Shown here: positions 47,185-56,849 of the stretch, piece by piece
How positions within the stretch are numbered: the stretch's first letter is position 1
How the letters are laid out: every line of letters begins with the position of its first letter
Source: Alphaproteobacteria bacterium
Lineage (GTDB): Bacteria; Pseudomonadota; Alphaproteobacteria; UBA828
Assembly: GCA_963667785.2 (NCBI GenBank)
Contig: CAXXMU010000006.1
Coordinates: 32,001 to 96,000, forward strand
DNA length: 64,000 bases
Direction: 5' to 3'
The notes under the pieces: model-generated
What the model was told of the DNA's origin: nothing
Database searches by the model: none
The model's input: the letters and a program-made list of their open reading frames with translations, nothing else
Program-made: the position numbers and the translations under genes

Positions 47185-47844
47185 ATGGCGCTGAGAATTG
47201 GCGACGAAGCACCCAACTTCACGGCGGAGACCACCGAAGGATCGATCGACTTCCACGACTGGATCGGCGACGGCTGGGCGATTCTCTTCTCCCATCCCAA
47301 GGACTTCACGCCGGTCTGCACCACCGAGCTCGGCTACATGGCCGGCCTCAAGTCGGAGTTCGAGAAGCGGAACTGCAAGGTCCTCGGGCTCAGCGTCGAC
47401 GGCGTGAGCGACCACCGCGCGTGGTCGAAGGACATCGAGGAGACCCAGGGCCACGCGGTCAACTATCCGCTGATCGGCGACCCGGAGCTGAAGATCGCGA
47501 CCCTCTACGAGATGCTGCCGGCTGGCGCGGGCACCACGTCCGAGGGGCGCACGGCGGTGGACAACCTCACCGTCCGCACCGTCTTCCTCGTCGGCCCGGA
47601 CAAGAAGATCAAGCTCTCCCTCACCTACCCCATGAGCACCGGCCGCAACTTCGACGAGGTGCTGCGGGTGCTCGATTCCTGCCAGCTCACGGCGAAGCAC
47701 AAGGTGGCGACGCCGGTGAACTGGAAGCAGGGCGAGGACGTGATCATCGTGCCGGCGGTCTCCGACGAGGACGCGAGGAAGGCCTTCCCCGGCGGCTGGA
47801 AGGCGCCCAAGCCCTATCTCCGGATCGTGCCGCAGCCCGAGTAG
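47185..47844 (+). CDS. Peroxiredoxin, 1-Cys Prx6 type
   Basis: FSHPKDFTPVCTTE, YPMSTGRNFDE, ATPVNW. Confidence 0.95.
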   Translation: MALRIGDEAPNFTAETTEGSIDFHDWIGDGWAILFSHPKDFTPVCTTELGYMAGLKSEFEKRNCKVLGLSVDGVSDHRAWSKDIEETQGHAVNYPLIGDPELKIATLYEMLPAGAGTTSEGRTAVDNLTVRTVFLVGPDKKIKLSLTYPMSTGRNFDEVLRVLDSCQLTAKHKVATPVNWKQGEDVIIVPAVSDEDARKAFPGGWKAPKPYLRIVPQPE

Positions 47845-47859
47845 GAGCGTAACCGGGTG

Positions 47860-48705
47860 TCACGCCGCGCCCTCCGCGCCGCGCGGCACCCGGTCCTCGA
47901 TGGCGAGCGGCGCCAGCGCCGCGCGCACGCGCACGAGGGCGGCGGCAAGGGTCGCCGCCCAGGCCTCCGCGCCCGCCCGCTCGCCGATCAGGTCCTGGCG
48001 CAGCTCGATCTCGATGTGCGGCAGGCCGCGGCCCTGGCCGTGCACCGGTATGGAGTAGTCCGACGGGCCGACGATGGCGTAGGGCTCGTTGTCGCCGACG
48101 GTGAGCCCCGGACGGAGCGCGCAGAGAGCCTCCCTCAGCGGCTCCACCAGCCGGTCGTCGTGCTCGTAGAGGAGTCCCACCTTCCACGGCCGGGCGACGC
48201 CGCCGAACACCGGCGTGAAGCTGTGGACCGCCACCAGCATCGGCACCGCGCCCGCCGCCACCGCGCGATCGAGGCAGGCGGCGATAGCGTCGTGATAGGG
48301 GCGGAAGAACGCCTCCGTCCGCGCCGCGGCCTCCTCCGGCGAGATCGCCCGGTTGGCGGGCACGGCCGTGCCGTCGCTCACCGCGGGCATGGCGGTGGGG
48401 CTGCCGGGCGGGCGGTTGCAGTCGACCACCAGGCGCGAATAGCCCGAGAGGAAGGCCGGCGCGTCGAGCCGGGCGCTGAGGGAGTCGGTGACCGTCGCCG
48501 CGCCGATGTCCCAGCCGATATGGCGGTCGAGCTCCGCCTGCTCGAGGCCGAGGCGCCTCATGTGGGCCGGCACCGCGTTGCTCGCGTGGTCGCACACCAG
48601 CACGAAGCGGGGGGCAGGGCGGTCGGGCCCGATGCGGGAGAAGGGCGGCGGATCGGCGCTCGTGAGCCGCGTCGGGTGGAACCAGGCCGTCGCAGGCGCG
48701 CTCAC
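47860..48705 (-). CDS. N-formylglutamate amidohydrolase family
   Basis: CDHASN, HIGWDIGA, SRLVVDCNR, HSFTP, GDNEPY, IELRQD. Confidence 0.9.
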   Translation of the reverse strand: MSAPATAWFHPTRLTSADPPPFSRIGPDRPAPRFVLVCDHASNAVPAHMRRLGLEQAELDRHIGWDIGAATVTDSLSARLDAPAFLSGYSRLVVDCNRPPGSPTAMPAVSDGTAVPANRAISPEEAAARTEAFFRPYHDAIAACLDRAVAAGAVPMLVAVHSFTPVFGGVARPWKVGLLYEHDDRLVEPLREALCALRPGLTVGDNEPYAIVGPSDYSIPVHGQGRGLPHIEIELRQDLIGERAGAEAWAATLAAALVRVRAALAPLAIEDRVPRGAEGAA

Positions 48706-49913
48706 GGGCGCTCCGCGGCGTCCCTGCGGTTGGCGCCACCACCCCCCGCGCCGTCGCAGGGGAGCAGACGCAGCGTGCCCCCTTCCACCGAGAGCGCGAG
48801 GCGCCCGTTCACCAGGTCGAGCGCGGCGTCGCCGAAGAGGGTGCGGCGCCAGCCCTGCAGCGCCGGCACGTCCGCCATCGCCCCGCGCGCGATCCGCTCC
48901 AGGTCGTCGGCGCTCGCGATCAGCTTGCGCGCCACGCCGCTCTCCTCGCTCTTGAAGGCGAGCAGCACCTTGAGCAGGTCGGTGAGGGCGCCGGGGGGCG
49001 CGGGCCCGTCGGGCTTGGACGGCGGGCGCGGGCACGCGTCGTCGGGGAGCGCGAGCGCGCGCTTGACCGCATCGAGGACGGCCGCGCCGGTGGCGCCCTC
49101 GGCGGTGCGCTGGCTCACCGAGCGCAGCTTGGCGAGCTCGGCCACCGTGCGCGGGCGCTGCGCCGCGATCTCGCTCAGCGCGGTGTCCTTCAGCACCCAG
49201 GCGCGCGGCTTGTCGCGACGCGCCGCCTCGACCTCGCGCCAGGCCGCGAGCTCGCGCAGCACCGCGAGGAAGCGCCGGTTGCCGCCCCGCACCTTGATCC
49301 GCCGCCACGCCTCCTCGGGCGGCGCCTCGTAGGTGGCGCGGTCGGTGAGCACCGCGAGCTCCTCGTCGAGCCAGGAGCGCCGCCCGGTGCGCTCCAGCTC
49401 CGCCGCGAGCTTCTCGTAGACGACGCGCAGGTGGCTCACGTCGGAGAGCGCGTAGCGCAACTGGCGCTCCGTCAGCGGCCGGCGCGACCAGTCGGTGAAG
49501 CGCTGGGTCTTGTCGATGCGCCCGCGCGCCAGCTTCGCCACCAGCGTCTCGTAGCCGACCGAGTCGCCGAAGCCGCAGACCATGGCCGCGATCTGCGTGT
49601 CGAAGAGGGGGCCGGGAATCCCGCCGGCGAGCGGCAGCAGCACTTCGACGTCCTGCCGCGCGGCGTGAAAGACCTTGAGCACCGGCGCCCGCGCCAGGAG
49701 GTCGTAGAGGGGGCCGAGGTCGATGCCGTCGGCGAGCGGGTCCACCGCCACCGGCTCGCCCTCGGGCGGGCCGATCTGCAGCAGGCAAAGGCGGGCGCGA
49801 TAGGTGTTCTCGCGCATGAACTCGGTATCGACGGTGAGGAAGTCCGCCTCGCGCCAGGCCGTGCAGAGGGCGGCCAGCGCCCCGCTCTCGGTGATCAGCC
49901 GGGGCTCGCTCAC
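48702..49913 (-). CDS. rnd: Ribonuclease D
   Basis: VDTEFMRENTY, KVFHAARQD, FDTQIAA, TDWSRRPL, YALSDV. Confidence 0.93.
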   Translation of the reverse strand: MSEPRLITESGALAALCTAWREADFLTVDTEFMRENTYRARLCLLQIGPPEGEPVAVDPLADGIDLGPLYDLLARAPVLKVFHAARQDVEVLLPLAGGIPGPLFDTQIAAMVCGFGDSVGYETLVAKLARGRIDKTQRFTDWSRRPLTERQLRYALSDVSHLRVVYEKLAAELERTGRRSWLDEELAVLTDRATYEAPPEEAWRRIKVRGGNRRFLAVLRELAAWREVEAARRDKPRAWVLKDTALSEIAAQRPRTVAELAKLRSVSQRTAEGATGAAVLDAVKRALALPDDACPRPPSKPDGPAPPGALTDLLKVLLAFKSEESGVARKLIASADDLERIARGAMADVPALQGWRRTLFGDAALDLVNGRLALSVEGGTLRLLPCDGAGGGGANRRDAAERP

Positions 49914-49932
49914 GGTGTGCCGCGGGCCGCTC

Positions 49933-51123
49933 TCAGGCGGCCGCCACCCGGTCCAACCGGGCGGCGTCGCGGCCTGCCGCTGTGAGCGCCGCGCTCCGGC
50001 CGGTGCCGGTGATCCAGCCGCCGCCCAGCATCCGCTCCGCGTCGTAGAGAACGCAGGCCTGGCCCGGCGCGGTCGCGGGCTCCGGCTCCTCCAGCACGAC
50101 CTCGGCGCCGCCGTCGGCGCTCGCGCGCAGCAGCGCCGGCGCGCCGGGATGGCCGGAGCGGAGCCGCGCCACCACCGACCGCTCCTCGCCGGGCGCCGGC
50201 GGATCGCCGCCGATCCAGGCGAGCGGGCCGGTGAAGACGCGGTCGCGCAGCAGCGCCTCATGCGGGCCGACGACCACCTCGCGGCGCGCGGCGTCGACCG
50301 AGAGCACATAGAGCGGCGCGGGCCCCGCGATGCCGAGACCGCGCCGCTGGCCCACGGTGAAGTGGATGATGCCCTCGTGGCGGCCGAGCACGCGGCCCTC
50401 CTCGTCCACGATGGCGCCGGGCTCGGCGGCGCCGGGGCGGAGCCGCTCGATCACGCCGGCATAGCGGCCTGCGGGCACGAAGCAGATGTCCTGGCTGTCG
50501 GGCTTGCCCGCGACCGCGAGGCCGAGGCGCGAGGCCTCCGCCCGCACCCGCTCCTTGGCGAGGTCGCCGAGGGGGAAGCGCAGGAACTCGAGCTGCGCCG
50601 GGGTGGTGGCGAAGAGGAAGTAGCTCTGGTCCCTGCCGCGATCGACCGCCCGGTGCAGCTCGGGTCCGGCCTTGCCCGCGATGCGCCGCGCATAGTGGCC
50701 GGTGGCGAGGGCGTCGGCGCCGAGATCGCGGGCGAGCGCCAGCAGGTCGCGGAACTTGACGCGCTCGTTGCAGCGCACGCAGGGGATGGGCGTCTCGCCG
50801 CGCAGGTAGGAATCGGCGAAGTCCTCGATCACCGCCTCGCGGAAGCGCGCCTCGTAGTCGAGGACGTAGTGGCGGATGCCGAGCCGGTCGGCGACCCGGC
50901 GGGCGTCGTAGATGTCCTGGCCGGCGCAGCAGGCGCCGGGCCGGGCGCGCGGCGCGGCGTCGGCATAGAGCCGGAGCGTGATGCCGACGACCTCGTAGCC
51001 CGCCTCGGCGAGCAGGGCCGCGGTGACCGACGAATCGACGCCGCCGGACATCGCCACCGCGACGCGCGTCTCGCGCCGCGGCCGGGCGATGCCGAGGTCA
51101 AGGTCGAGGCTGGATGAGGACAT
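49933..51123 (-). CDS. mnmA: tRNA 2-thiouridylase MnmA
   Basis: [42 protein letters not shown]. Confidence 0.95.
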   Translation of the reverse strand: MSSSSLDLDLGIARPRRETRVAVAMSGGVDSSVTAALLAEAGYEVVGITLRLYADAAPRARPGACCAGQDIYDARRVADRLGIRHYVLDYEARFREAVIEDFADSYLRGETPIPCVRCNERVKFRDLLALARDLGADALATGHYARRIAGKAGPELHRAVDRGRDQSYFLFATTPAQLEFLRFPLGDLAKERVRAEASRLGLAVAGKPDSQDICFVPAGRYAGVIERLRPGAAEPGAIVDEEGRVLGRHEGIIHFTVGQRRGLGIAGPAPLYVLSVDAARREVVVGPHEALLRDRVFTGPLAWIGGDPPAPGEERSVVARLRSGHPGAPALLRASADGGAEVVLEEPEPATAPGQACVLYDAERMLGGGWITGTGRSAALTAAGRDAARLDRVAAA

Positions 51124-51178
51124 GGCGCGCACTATAGGCGCGCGCCGGAGCGGCGCAAGACGCGCGCGGGCGGCGCGC

Positions 51179-51265
51179 GGCCGGGCGGCGGGGCCGCGAA
51201 GCGGCACAGACCCCAATTAATTTGTTAGGCGGCACAATCCGGCACAAAGCGGCACGAAGTGGCAC
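51179..51265 (-). repeat. 10-bp-phased GTGCC array and conserved tail of cassette B
   Basis: GGCAC on + strand at 51231, 51241, 51251, 51261 (exact 10-bp period) plus 51203, separated by an AT-rich tract. Confidence 0.8.
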
Positions 51266-51280
51266 AGTGCAGGGCGGGCA

Positions 51281-51868
51281 TCACCAATACACCTCCTCGC
51301 CCTGCTCGCGCCGCAGCTGAAGCCCGAACTCTCCCTCGACGGCCTTGCGGATGGTGGCGACCGCCTCCGGTGTGAGGGGCTTCAGCTTCTTGCCGCCGGC
51401 GGCACGGGCGGCTTCCTTCGCCGCGTGTTCCCGTGCGACGCGGGTCTGATCGGCGCTTTCGAGGCGACGCACCACGAGCGCGAGGCGGGCGATCTCCTCC
51501 GTCGGCACCGCGTCCTCCCTCTCACCGAGATCGGCCAGGGAGCGCAGCACCAGCGACCGCACGGCCTCGATCACGGGCGCGCTCGCGCCGCCCTCGACAC
51601 GCTCGGCCAGCGTCCGAACCCATCCCTCCGCCATGCGGTCGGCCTCGTGCTGCAAGCGGATCAGGCCGCGCAGCCGCCTGGCATAGCGCGCGATGGCCGA
51701 GCGCGAGCAGGTGCCGCCCTCGGCGCGGATGAGGGCCGCGATCTCGGTAAGGGTGGCGCCGTCGGCGATCGCCGTGTCGACAGTCTCGCGCAGCGCGGGC
51801 GGCAGCCGCTCGAGCGACGAGCGCCTGCCCCTCCTGACCGGCTTTGCCCAATCGCTCGTGTTCGTCAT
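51281..51868 (-). CDS. Phage Mu gp27 (DUF3486)-like protein, solo copy B
   Basis: RSSLERLPPALRETVDTAIADGAT...SRSAIARY...LTPEAVATIRKAV; colinear paralog of 23589-24146. Confidence 0.75.
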   Translation of the reverse strand: MTNTSDWAKPVRRGRRSSLERLPPALRETVDTAIADGATLTEIAALIRAEGGTCSRSAIARYARRLRGLIRLQHEADRMAEGWVRTLAERVEGGASAPVIEAVRSLVLRSLADLGEREDAVPTEEIARLALVVRRLESADQTRVAREHAAKEAARAAGGKKLKPLTPEAVATIRKAVEGEFGLQLRREQGEEVYW

Positions 51869-51921
51869 GGCGCCACCCTGGCACCCGCGCCAGGCGCCGT
51901 GAACCGCACCATGGTCCGGGG
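51869..51921 (-). promoter_or_regulatory. Conserved 53-bp leader of gp27-like cassette B
   Basis: 49/53 identical to 23536-23588; dyad at 51904-51919. Confidence 0.7.
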
Positions 51922-51960
51922 TCACCCCGGCCGTGACGTGAAAGGGGCCCGCGTGCGGCC

Positions 51961-52644
51961 TCAGGCCCCGGCCGCGTCGAGGCCGGCCTGCCAGAACGCG
52001 GTCTCCAGCCGCGTCGCGGCGCGGAAGGTGCCGGCGAGCGCGCCGAGGCGGGCCTGCCCGCCGCGCCGGGCCGCGAGCGCCTCGAGGGCGTCGACCTCCG
52101 CCCGGGCCAGCGCCTGGTATTCGCTTCCGGCATACATCTCGATCCAGGGCGCATAGAGATTGCCGTCCGTGCGGGTGGCGGGGTCGGCGGCGAGGCGCGC
52201 GCCGATCTCGCCATAGCCGACGACGCAGGGCGCGAGCGCCACCCGCAGGTCCAGCAGGTCGCCCGCGAGCCCGCGCTCCAGCACGTAGGAGGTATAGGCC
52301 AGCGTAGCGCCGTCGGCCTCGACCGCTTCGAGCGCTGCCTCGTCCAGCCCCCACTCGGCGCAGTAGGCGCGGTGCAGGTCCATCTCGACCTCGACGAGGG
52401 CCTTGAGGCCGGCCGAGGCCTCCCGGATCTCGGCCAGGCTGTCCGCCTTGTAGGCGGCGAGCCCGTAGGCGCGGGCGAACTGGATCAGGAAGAGGTAGTC
52501 CTGCACCAGGTAGTGGCGGAACGCGGCCTCCGGCAGGCTGCCGTCGGCGAGGCCCCGGACGAAGGGATGCTCGACATAGGCGCGCCACGCCTCGCCCGCG
52601 GCCTCGCGCAGGCCTGCGAAGAATCCCGCGTCGCCCGCCTGCAT
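51961..52644 (-). CDS. tenA: Thiaminase II / TenA family
   Basis: HPFV, YLVQDYLFL, EMDLH, PCVVGYGEIG, ETAFW. Confidence 0.88.
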   Translation of the reverse strand: MQAGDAGFFAGLREAAGEAWRAYVEHPFVRGLADGSLPEAAFRHYLVQDYLFLIQFARAYGLAAYKADSLAEIREASAGLKALVEVEMDLHRAYCAEWGLDEAALEAVEADGATLAYTSYVLERGLAGDLLDLRVALAPCVVGYGEIGARLAADPATRTDGNLYAPWIEMYAGSEYQALARAEVDALEALAARRGGQARLGALAGTFRAATRLETAFWQAGLDAAGA

Positions 52645-52691
52645 CGCCGTCCCTCCTCGCACATCTCTTTGGGGGCCGGGCGCGGGGCCCG

Positions 52692-53018
52692 TCACATCAT
52701 GTTGCTGGTCTCTTCCGGCAGCGTCACCACCAGCCCGTCGAGCGCCTCGGTGATGACGATCTGGCAGCCGAGCCGCGAGGTGCGCGTGAGGCCGAGGGCG
52801 AGGTCGAGCATGTCCTCCTCGTCCTCGCACATCTCCGCCAGCTTGCCGAACCAGGCGGGATCGACGATCACGTGGCAGGTGGAGCACGCCATCGCGCCTT
52901 CGCACGCGCCCTCGATGTCGATGCCGTGGCGGAAGGCGATGTCCAGCACCGAATCGCCCAGCGGCGCCTCGACCTCGTGGCGCGTGCCGCAGGCGTCGAT
53001 GAAGGTCATGGAGGGCAC
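52692..53018 (-). CDS. fdx: 2Fe-2S ferredoxin, adrenodoxin/ISC type
   Basis: GACEGAMACSTCHV, EEDMLD, SRLGCQI; start GTG 53018 or ATG 53009. Confidence 0.92.
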   Translation of the reverse strand: MPSMTFIDACGTRHEVEAPLGDSVLDIAFRHGIDIEGACEGAMACSTCHVIVDPAWFGKLAEMCEDEEDMLDLALGLTRTSRLGCQIVITEALDGLVVTLPEETSNMM

Positions 53019-53032
53019 GGGCCGGGTGCCGC

Positions 53033-54199
53033 CTATCCTGCAGCGGCCGAGACGCCGGCCTTCCAGCGGTTGGTGAGGCCGGCGTAGAGCGCCCGCCAGG
53101 CGCCGAGGAAGCGCTCGATCTCGTCCCCGGTCGTGGCCCATCCCGTGCTGACGCGGATGGCGCAGCCGCCGACGGCGTCCGACGCGCCGAGCGCGCGCAG
53201 CACGTGGCTCGCCTCGACCCTGCCGGACGAGCAGGCGGAGCCCGCGCTCACCGCGACGCCGGCGAGATCGAGGCCCATCACCTGGGTCTCGCTCTGCACG
53301 CCGGGCATGGTGACGCAGCTCGTGTTGGGCAGGCGCGCGGCGCCTTCGCTGAAGATGACGACGGCGGGCTCGGTCTCGCGCAGCCGCGCCTCCAGCCGGT
53401 CGCGCATGGCGGCGATCTCGCCGGCGCGCGCGAGGTCGTCATGGGCGAGCTGCGCCGCCCGGCCGAAGCCGACGATGCCGGCGGCGTTCTCCGTGCCGCC
53501 GCGCAGGCCCCGCTCCTGCCCGCCGCCGGTAACCAGCGGCGCGATCTCGAGCCCCGCCCGCACCACCAGCGCGCCGATCCCCTTGGGCCCGGCGAACTTG
53601 TGGGCGGCGACGCTCATCATGTCGATGCCGAGCCCGGCGAAGGAGAGCGGAATCCGCCCCGGCGCCTGCACCGCGTCGCAGTGGACCAGCGCACCGGCGG
53701 CTCTCGCCCGCGCCGCAATCTCGGCCACCGGCTGGATCACGCCGGTCTCGTTGTTGGCCAGCATCACCGAGACCAGCGCGTCTGCCCCGTGCGTAGCCAG
53801 CGCCGCATCGAGCGCAGCCATGTCGAGCCGGCCCTCGCCGTCCACCGGCAGGACCACGAGCTCGTCGGCGCAGGCCTCGGCGGTACGCAGCACGGCCGGA
53901 TGCTCGATGGCGCTGACGATGAGGGCCCGCCGGCCGGCGCCCCGGAGTGCGGTGTTGTTGGCCTCGGTGCCGCCTGCGGTGAAGACCAGCTCGGGCGGGG
54001 CGCAGCCCAGCAGCGCCGCGATCTCCTCGCGGGCGTCCTCGATGCGCTTGCGCACGTCGCGGCCGAAGCCGTGCACCGACGACGGGTTGCCGGCGAGCGC
54101 GAGCGCGTCCGCCACGGCCTCCACCACTGCGGGCTTCGCCGGCGCGGTGGCGTTGTAGTCGAGATAGATGGGGCCTGAGTCGCTCATCGCAGCGCTCAT
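53033..54199 (-). CDS. iscS: Cysteine desulfurase (IscS/NifS family)
   Basis: YLDYNAT, GNPSSVH, ANNETG, AHKFAGPKG, SAGSACSSG. Confidence 0.9.
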   Translation of the reverse strand: MSAAMSDSGPIYLDYNATAPAKPAVVEAVADALALAGNPSSVHGFGRDVRKRIEDAREEIAALLGCAPPELVFTAGGTEANNTALRGAGRRALIVSAIEHPAVLRTAEACADELVVLPVDGEGRLDMAALDAALATHGADALVSVMLANNETGVIQPVAEIAARARAAGALVHCDAVQAPGRIPLSFAGLGIDMMSVAAHKFAGPKGIGALVVRAGLEIAPLVTGGGQERGLRGGTENAAGIVGFGRAAQLAHDDLARAGEIAAMRDRLEARLRETEPAVVIFSEGAARLPNTSCVTMPGVQSETQVMGLDLAGVAVSAGSACSSGRVEASHVLRALGASDAVGGCAIRVSTGWATTGDEIERFLGAWRALYAGLTNRWKAGVSAAAG

Positions 54200-54684
54200 T
54201 CCGCCGCCTGCTCCGCCAACACGTGCGCGCCGCCGCGGCTGAGCCTGCCGCTCATGCCGAGAACCCGGCCGGCGCAGACGTCCTCGAGCGAGACGGCGTC
54301 GAGAAACTGGTGGATGTGGATGCCGAGCTCGTCCCAGAGATCGTGGGTGATGCAGCGGCTCGCGTCCTTCATGCAGCCGCTCTGGGCATCCGGCGGGCAG
54401 CGCGTGGCGCGCAGGTTCTCGTCGACCGCGACGACGATGTCGGCGATCCTGAGCTCCGCCGCAGGCCGCGCCAGGCGATAGCCGCCGCCCGGCCCGCGCG
54501 CGCTCCGCACCAGCCCCGCCCGGCGCAGGCGGCCGAAGAGCTGCTCCAGATAGGACTGCGAAATCTCTTGGCCGGCCGCGATCTCGGCAAGGGTGACGGG
54601 CCGGGCCCGGTCCGAGCCGCCGCTGCGGAGCGCGAGCTCCGCCATCGCCATGACCGCGTAGCGGCCCTTCGTGCCGAGCTTCAC
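54196..54684 (-). CDS. iscR: Rrf2-family Fe-S regulator IscR
   Basis: TKGRYAV, SYLEQLF, RGPGGGY, C-x7-C-x6-C-x2-H ligand set. Confidence 0.9.
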   Translation of the reverse strand: MKLGTKGRYAVMAMAELALRSGGSDRARPVTLAEIAAGQEISQSYLEQLFGRLRRAGLVRSARGPGGGYRLARPAAELRIADIVVAVDENLRATRCPPDAQSGCMKDASRCITHDLWDELGIHIHQFLDAVSLEDVCAGRVLGMSGRLSRGGAHVLAEQAAE

Positions 54685-54975
54685 AGGATGGCTCCGCCGG
54701 CGGCGCCTAGCCCGCAATTCTCACCATGGTCACGGCCTGCGTCGCGTCCAGGCGTTCGATCCGCCAGGAGCGGGCCGAAAAGCGTAGCGGGGACTACGGT
54801 TGAGGCCCGCGACGCCGCGGGCGGACGCCTGGGCGCGACCCGAAGGGCGGCGCTCTCCGGCCGACAGTGTGCGTCGAGACGCTTGCCCGATGTACCCGCA
54901 TCGCGCTGCGCGCCTCTCCTACCCTGTCGGCCGGACGGCGCCGCGCAGACCATGACCATGGTGAGAAATGCGGGC

Positions 54976-55764
54976 CTAACCGCTCGCGGCGCGGCGGCCG
55001 AGCGGCGTGGCGGACTCGGCGGCCTCGCCGGCCCCGTCGCCCGCCGTCTCTCCCCCGGCCTCGCCGTCCGCGCCGGCTGCCGGCGCGGCCGGCTCCTGCG
55101 GGGCGGCGACGGGGCGCTCCAGCTCGTCCACGCGCGTCCGCAGCGCCTCGACCTCGGCCAGCAGGCGGTCGACGGCGCGGGTCGTGGGGTCCGCGATGTC
55201 GGGGGACGGCGTGCCGTAGGCGTCGAAGCTGGAGGCGTCCGTCTTCGCCGCGGTGGGCCCCGCCGCCCGCGCCGGAATGCCGACCATGGTGGCGCCGGGC
55301 GGCACGTCCTTCAGCACCACGGCGTTGGCGCCGATGCGCGCGTCGCGCCCCACGGTGATCGGCCCCAGCACCTGGGCGCCCGCGCCGATGACCACGCCGT
55401 TGCCCAGCGTCGGATGCCGCTTGCCGGGCGACCAGGTGACGCCGCCGAGCGTGACCTGGTGATAGAGCGTCACGTCGTCGCCGATCACCGAGGTCTCGCC
55501 GATGACCACGCCCATGCCGTGGTCGATGAAGAGGCGGCGGCCGATCTGCGCGCCGGGATGGATCTCGATGCCCGTAAGCACGCGGCCGACATGGGAGACG
55601 AAGCGGCCGAGCAGCTTGAACCCGCTTTCCCACAGCCGGTGCGCCACATGGTAGAAGAGCAGCGCGTGGAAGCCGGGATAGCAGAAAAACACCTCGATCC
55701 GGGAGCGAACGGCCGGGTCGCGGCCGAACACGCAGCCGATATCTTCCCAAATACGCTTGAACAT
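54976..55764 (-). CDS. cysE: Serine O-acetyltransferase
   Basis: [27 protein letters not shown]. Confidence 0.95.
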   Translation of the reverse strand: MFKRIWEDIGCVFGRDPAVRSRIEVFFCYPGFHALLFYHVAHRLWESGFKLLGRFVSHVGRVLTGIEIHPGAQIGRRLFIDHGMGVVIGETSVIGDDVTLYHQVTLGGVTWSPGKRHPTLGNGVVIGAGAQVLGPITVGRDARIGANAVVLKDVPPGATMVGIPARAAGPTAAKTDASSFDAYGTPSPDIADPTTRAVDRLLAEVEALRTRVDELERPVAAPQEPAAPAAGADGEAGGETAGDGAGEAAESATPLGRRAASG

Positions 55765-55836
55765 GGCGCTGCCGTCCGTATATCAATGGCCGGCGCAGGG
55801 CGCCGCCGCGGGCCGGTCATCCCGGGTGTTCGACGG

Positions 55837-55869
55837 GATATAGAGTTCCCGACTCCCGGGGTCAAGTAT
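55837..55869 (-). promoter_or_regulatory. sigma70 promoter of cysE-iscR operon overlapped by IscR type-1-like site
   Basis: TTGACC-N17-TATATC; ATACTTGACCCCGGGAGTCGGGAAC (55869-55845) resembles IscR type-1 boxes. Confidence 0.7.
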
Positions 55870-55970
55870 ATGCGCAGCGCCCGGCGCGCCGCGGCGGAGG
55901 CTCGCCTCCCGCCATGCTATCGTCTGCGCCAGGATTCCGTGCCGAAGCGCCCCGAAACCGTGTCTTGCCC

Positions 55971-56624
55971 ATGCCGGAAGTGATGATCAGCGGGCCCGAG
56001 GGCCGTCTCCAGGCGCGCTACAACCAGGCCGAGGATCCGCGCGCGCCCATCGCGCTCATGCTGCACCCGCACCCGCAGCACGGCGGCACGATGAACAACA
56101 AGATCGTCCACGCGCTCTACCACACCTTCCGCCGCCAGTCGTTCTCGGTCATCCGGTTCAACTTCCGCGGCGTCGGCCGCTCGCAGGGCGAGTACGACCA
56201 CGGGCAGGGCGAGCTGAGCGACGCCGCCGCCGTGCTCGACTGGCTGCAGATCCAGAACCCGGGGGCCGACCGCTGCTGGATCGCCGGCTTCTCCTTCGGC
56301 GCCTGGATCGCCATGCAGCTCCTCATGCGCCGGCCGGAGATCGAGGGCTTCGTCGCGGTCTCGCCGCCGGCCAACAAGTTCGACTTCACCTTCCTCGCGC
56401 CGTGCCCGTCGTCGGGGCTGATCGTCCACGGCGGCGCCGACGAGCTGGTGCCCGAGCCCGAGGTGGCGGAGCTCGCCGGCCGGCTGCAGAGCCAGCGCCA
56501 GATCGAGATCGACTACGACATCATCGAGGGCGCCGGCCACTTCTACGAGAGCGAGCTGGGCGCGCTGTCGAAGCGGGTCGAAAGCTACGTCGTTGGCCGC
56601 CTGGAAGGCGCCGGCACGTCCTAG
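55971..56624 (+). CDS. Alpha/beta hydrolase
   Basis: GPEGRL, HPHPQHGGTMNN, FNFRGVG, GFSFG; usual divergent neighbour of cysE/iscR. Confidence 0.9.
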   Translation: MPEVMISGPEGRLQARYNQAEDPRAPIALMLHPHPQHGGTMNNKIVHALYHTFRRQSFSVIRFNFRGVGRSQGEYDHGQGELSDAAAVLDWLQIQNPGADRCWIAGFSFGAWIAMQLLMRRPEIEGFVAVSPPANKFDFTFLAPCPSSGLIVHGGADELVPEPEVAELAGRLQSQRQIEIDYDIIEGAGHFYESELGALSKRVESYVVGRLEGAGTS

Positions 56625-56698
56625 CGCACTATTCGTTCAGGCACGATCGCAGCGAGTTGCCGCGGGTGCCCACTCCTCGTGCAGTGCCGCTCGCGCTT

Positions 56699-56810
56699 CC
56701 CCCACCTCACCCCGGCCCTCTCCGCCCCCAGGGGCGGAGAGGGAGTAACGGGCGCGGCCGCCTGCGTTCCCCCTCCGCCTTTGGGGGAGGGGGACAGGGG
56801 GAGGTGGGAG
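56699..56810. repeat. GC-rich double-hairpin REP-like element, family 3
   Basis: CCCACCTCACCCC...CCCTCTCCGCCCC/GGGGCGGAGAGGG...GGGGGAGGTGGG; between convergent genes; single copy in window. Confidence 0.65.
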
Positions 56811-56849
56811 TCGTTCAAGCCTGGTGACCTCGTATGGTCGGGTACTGCC

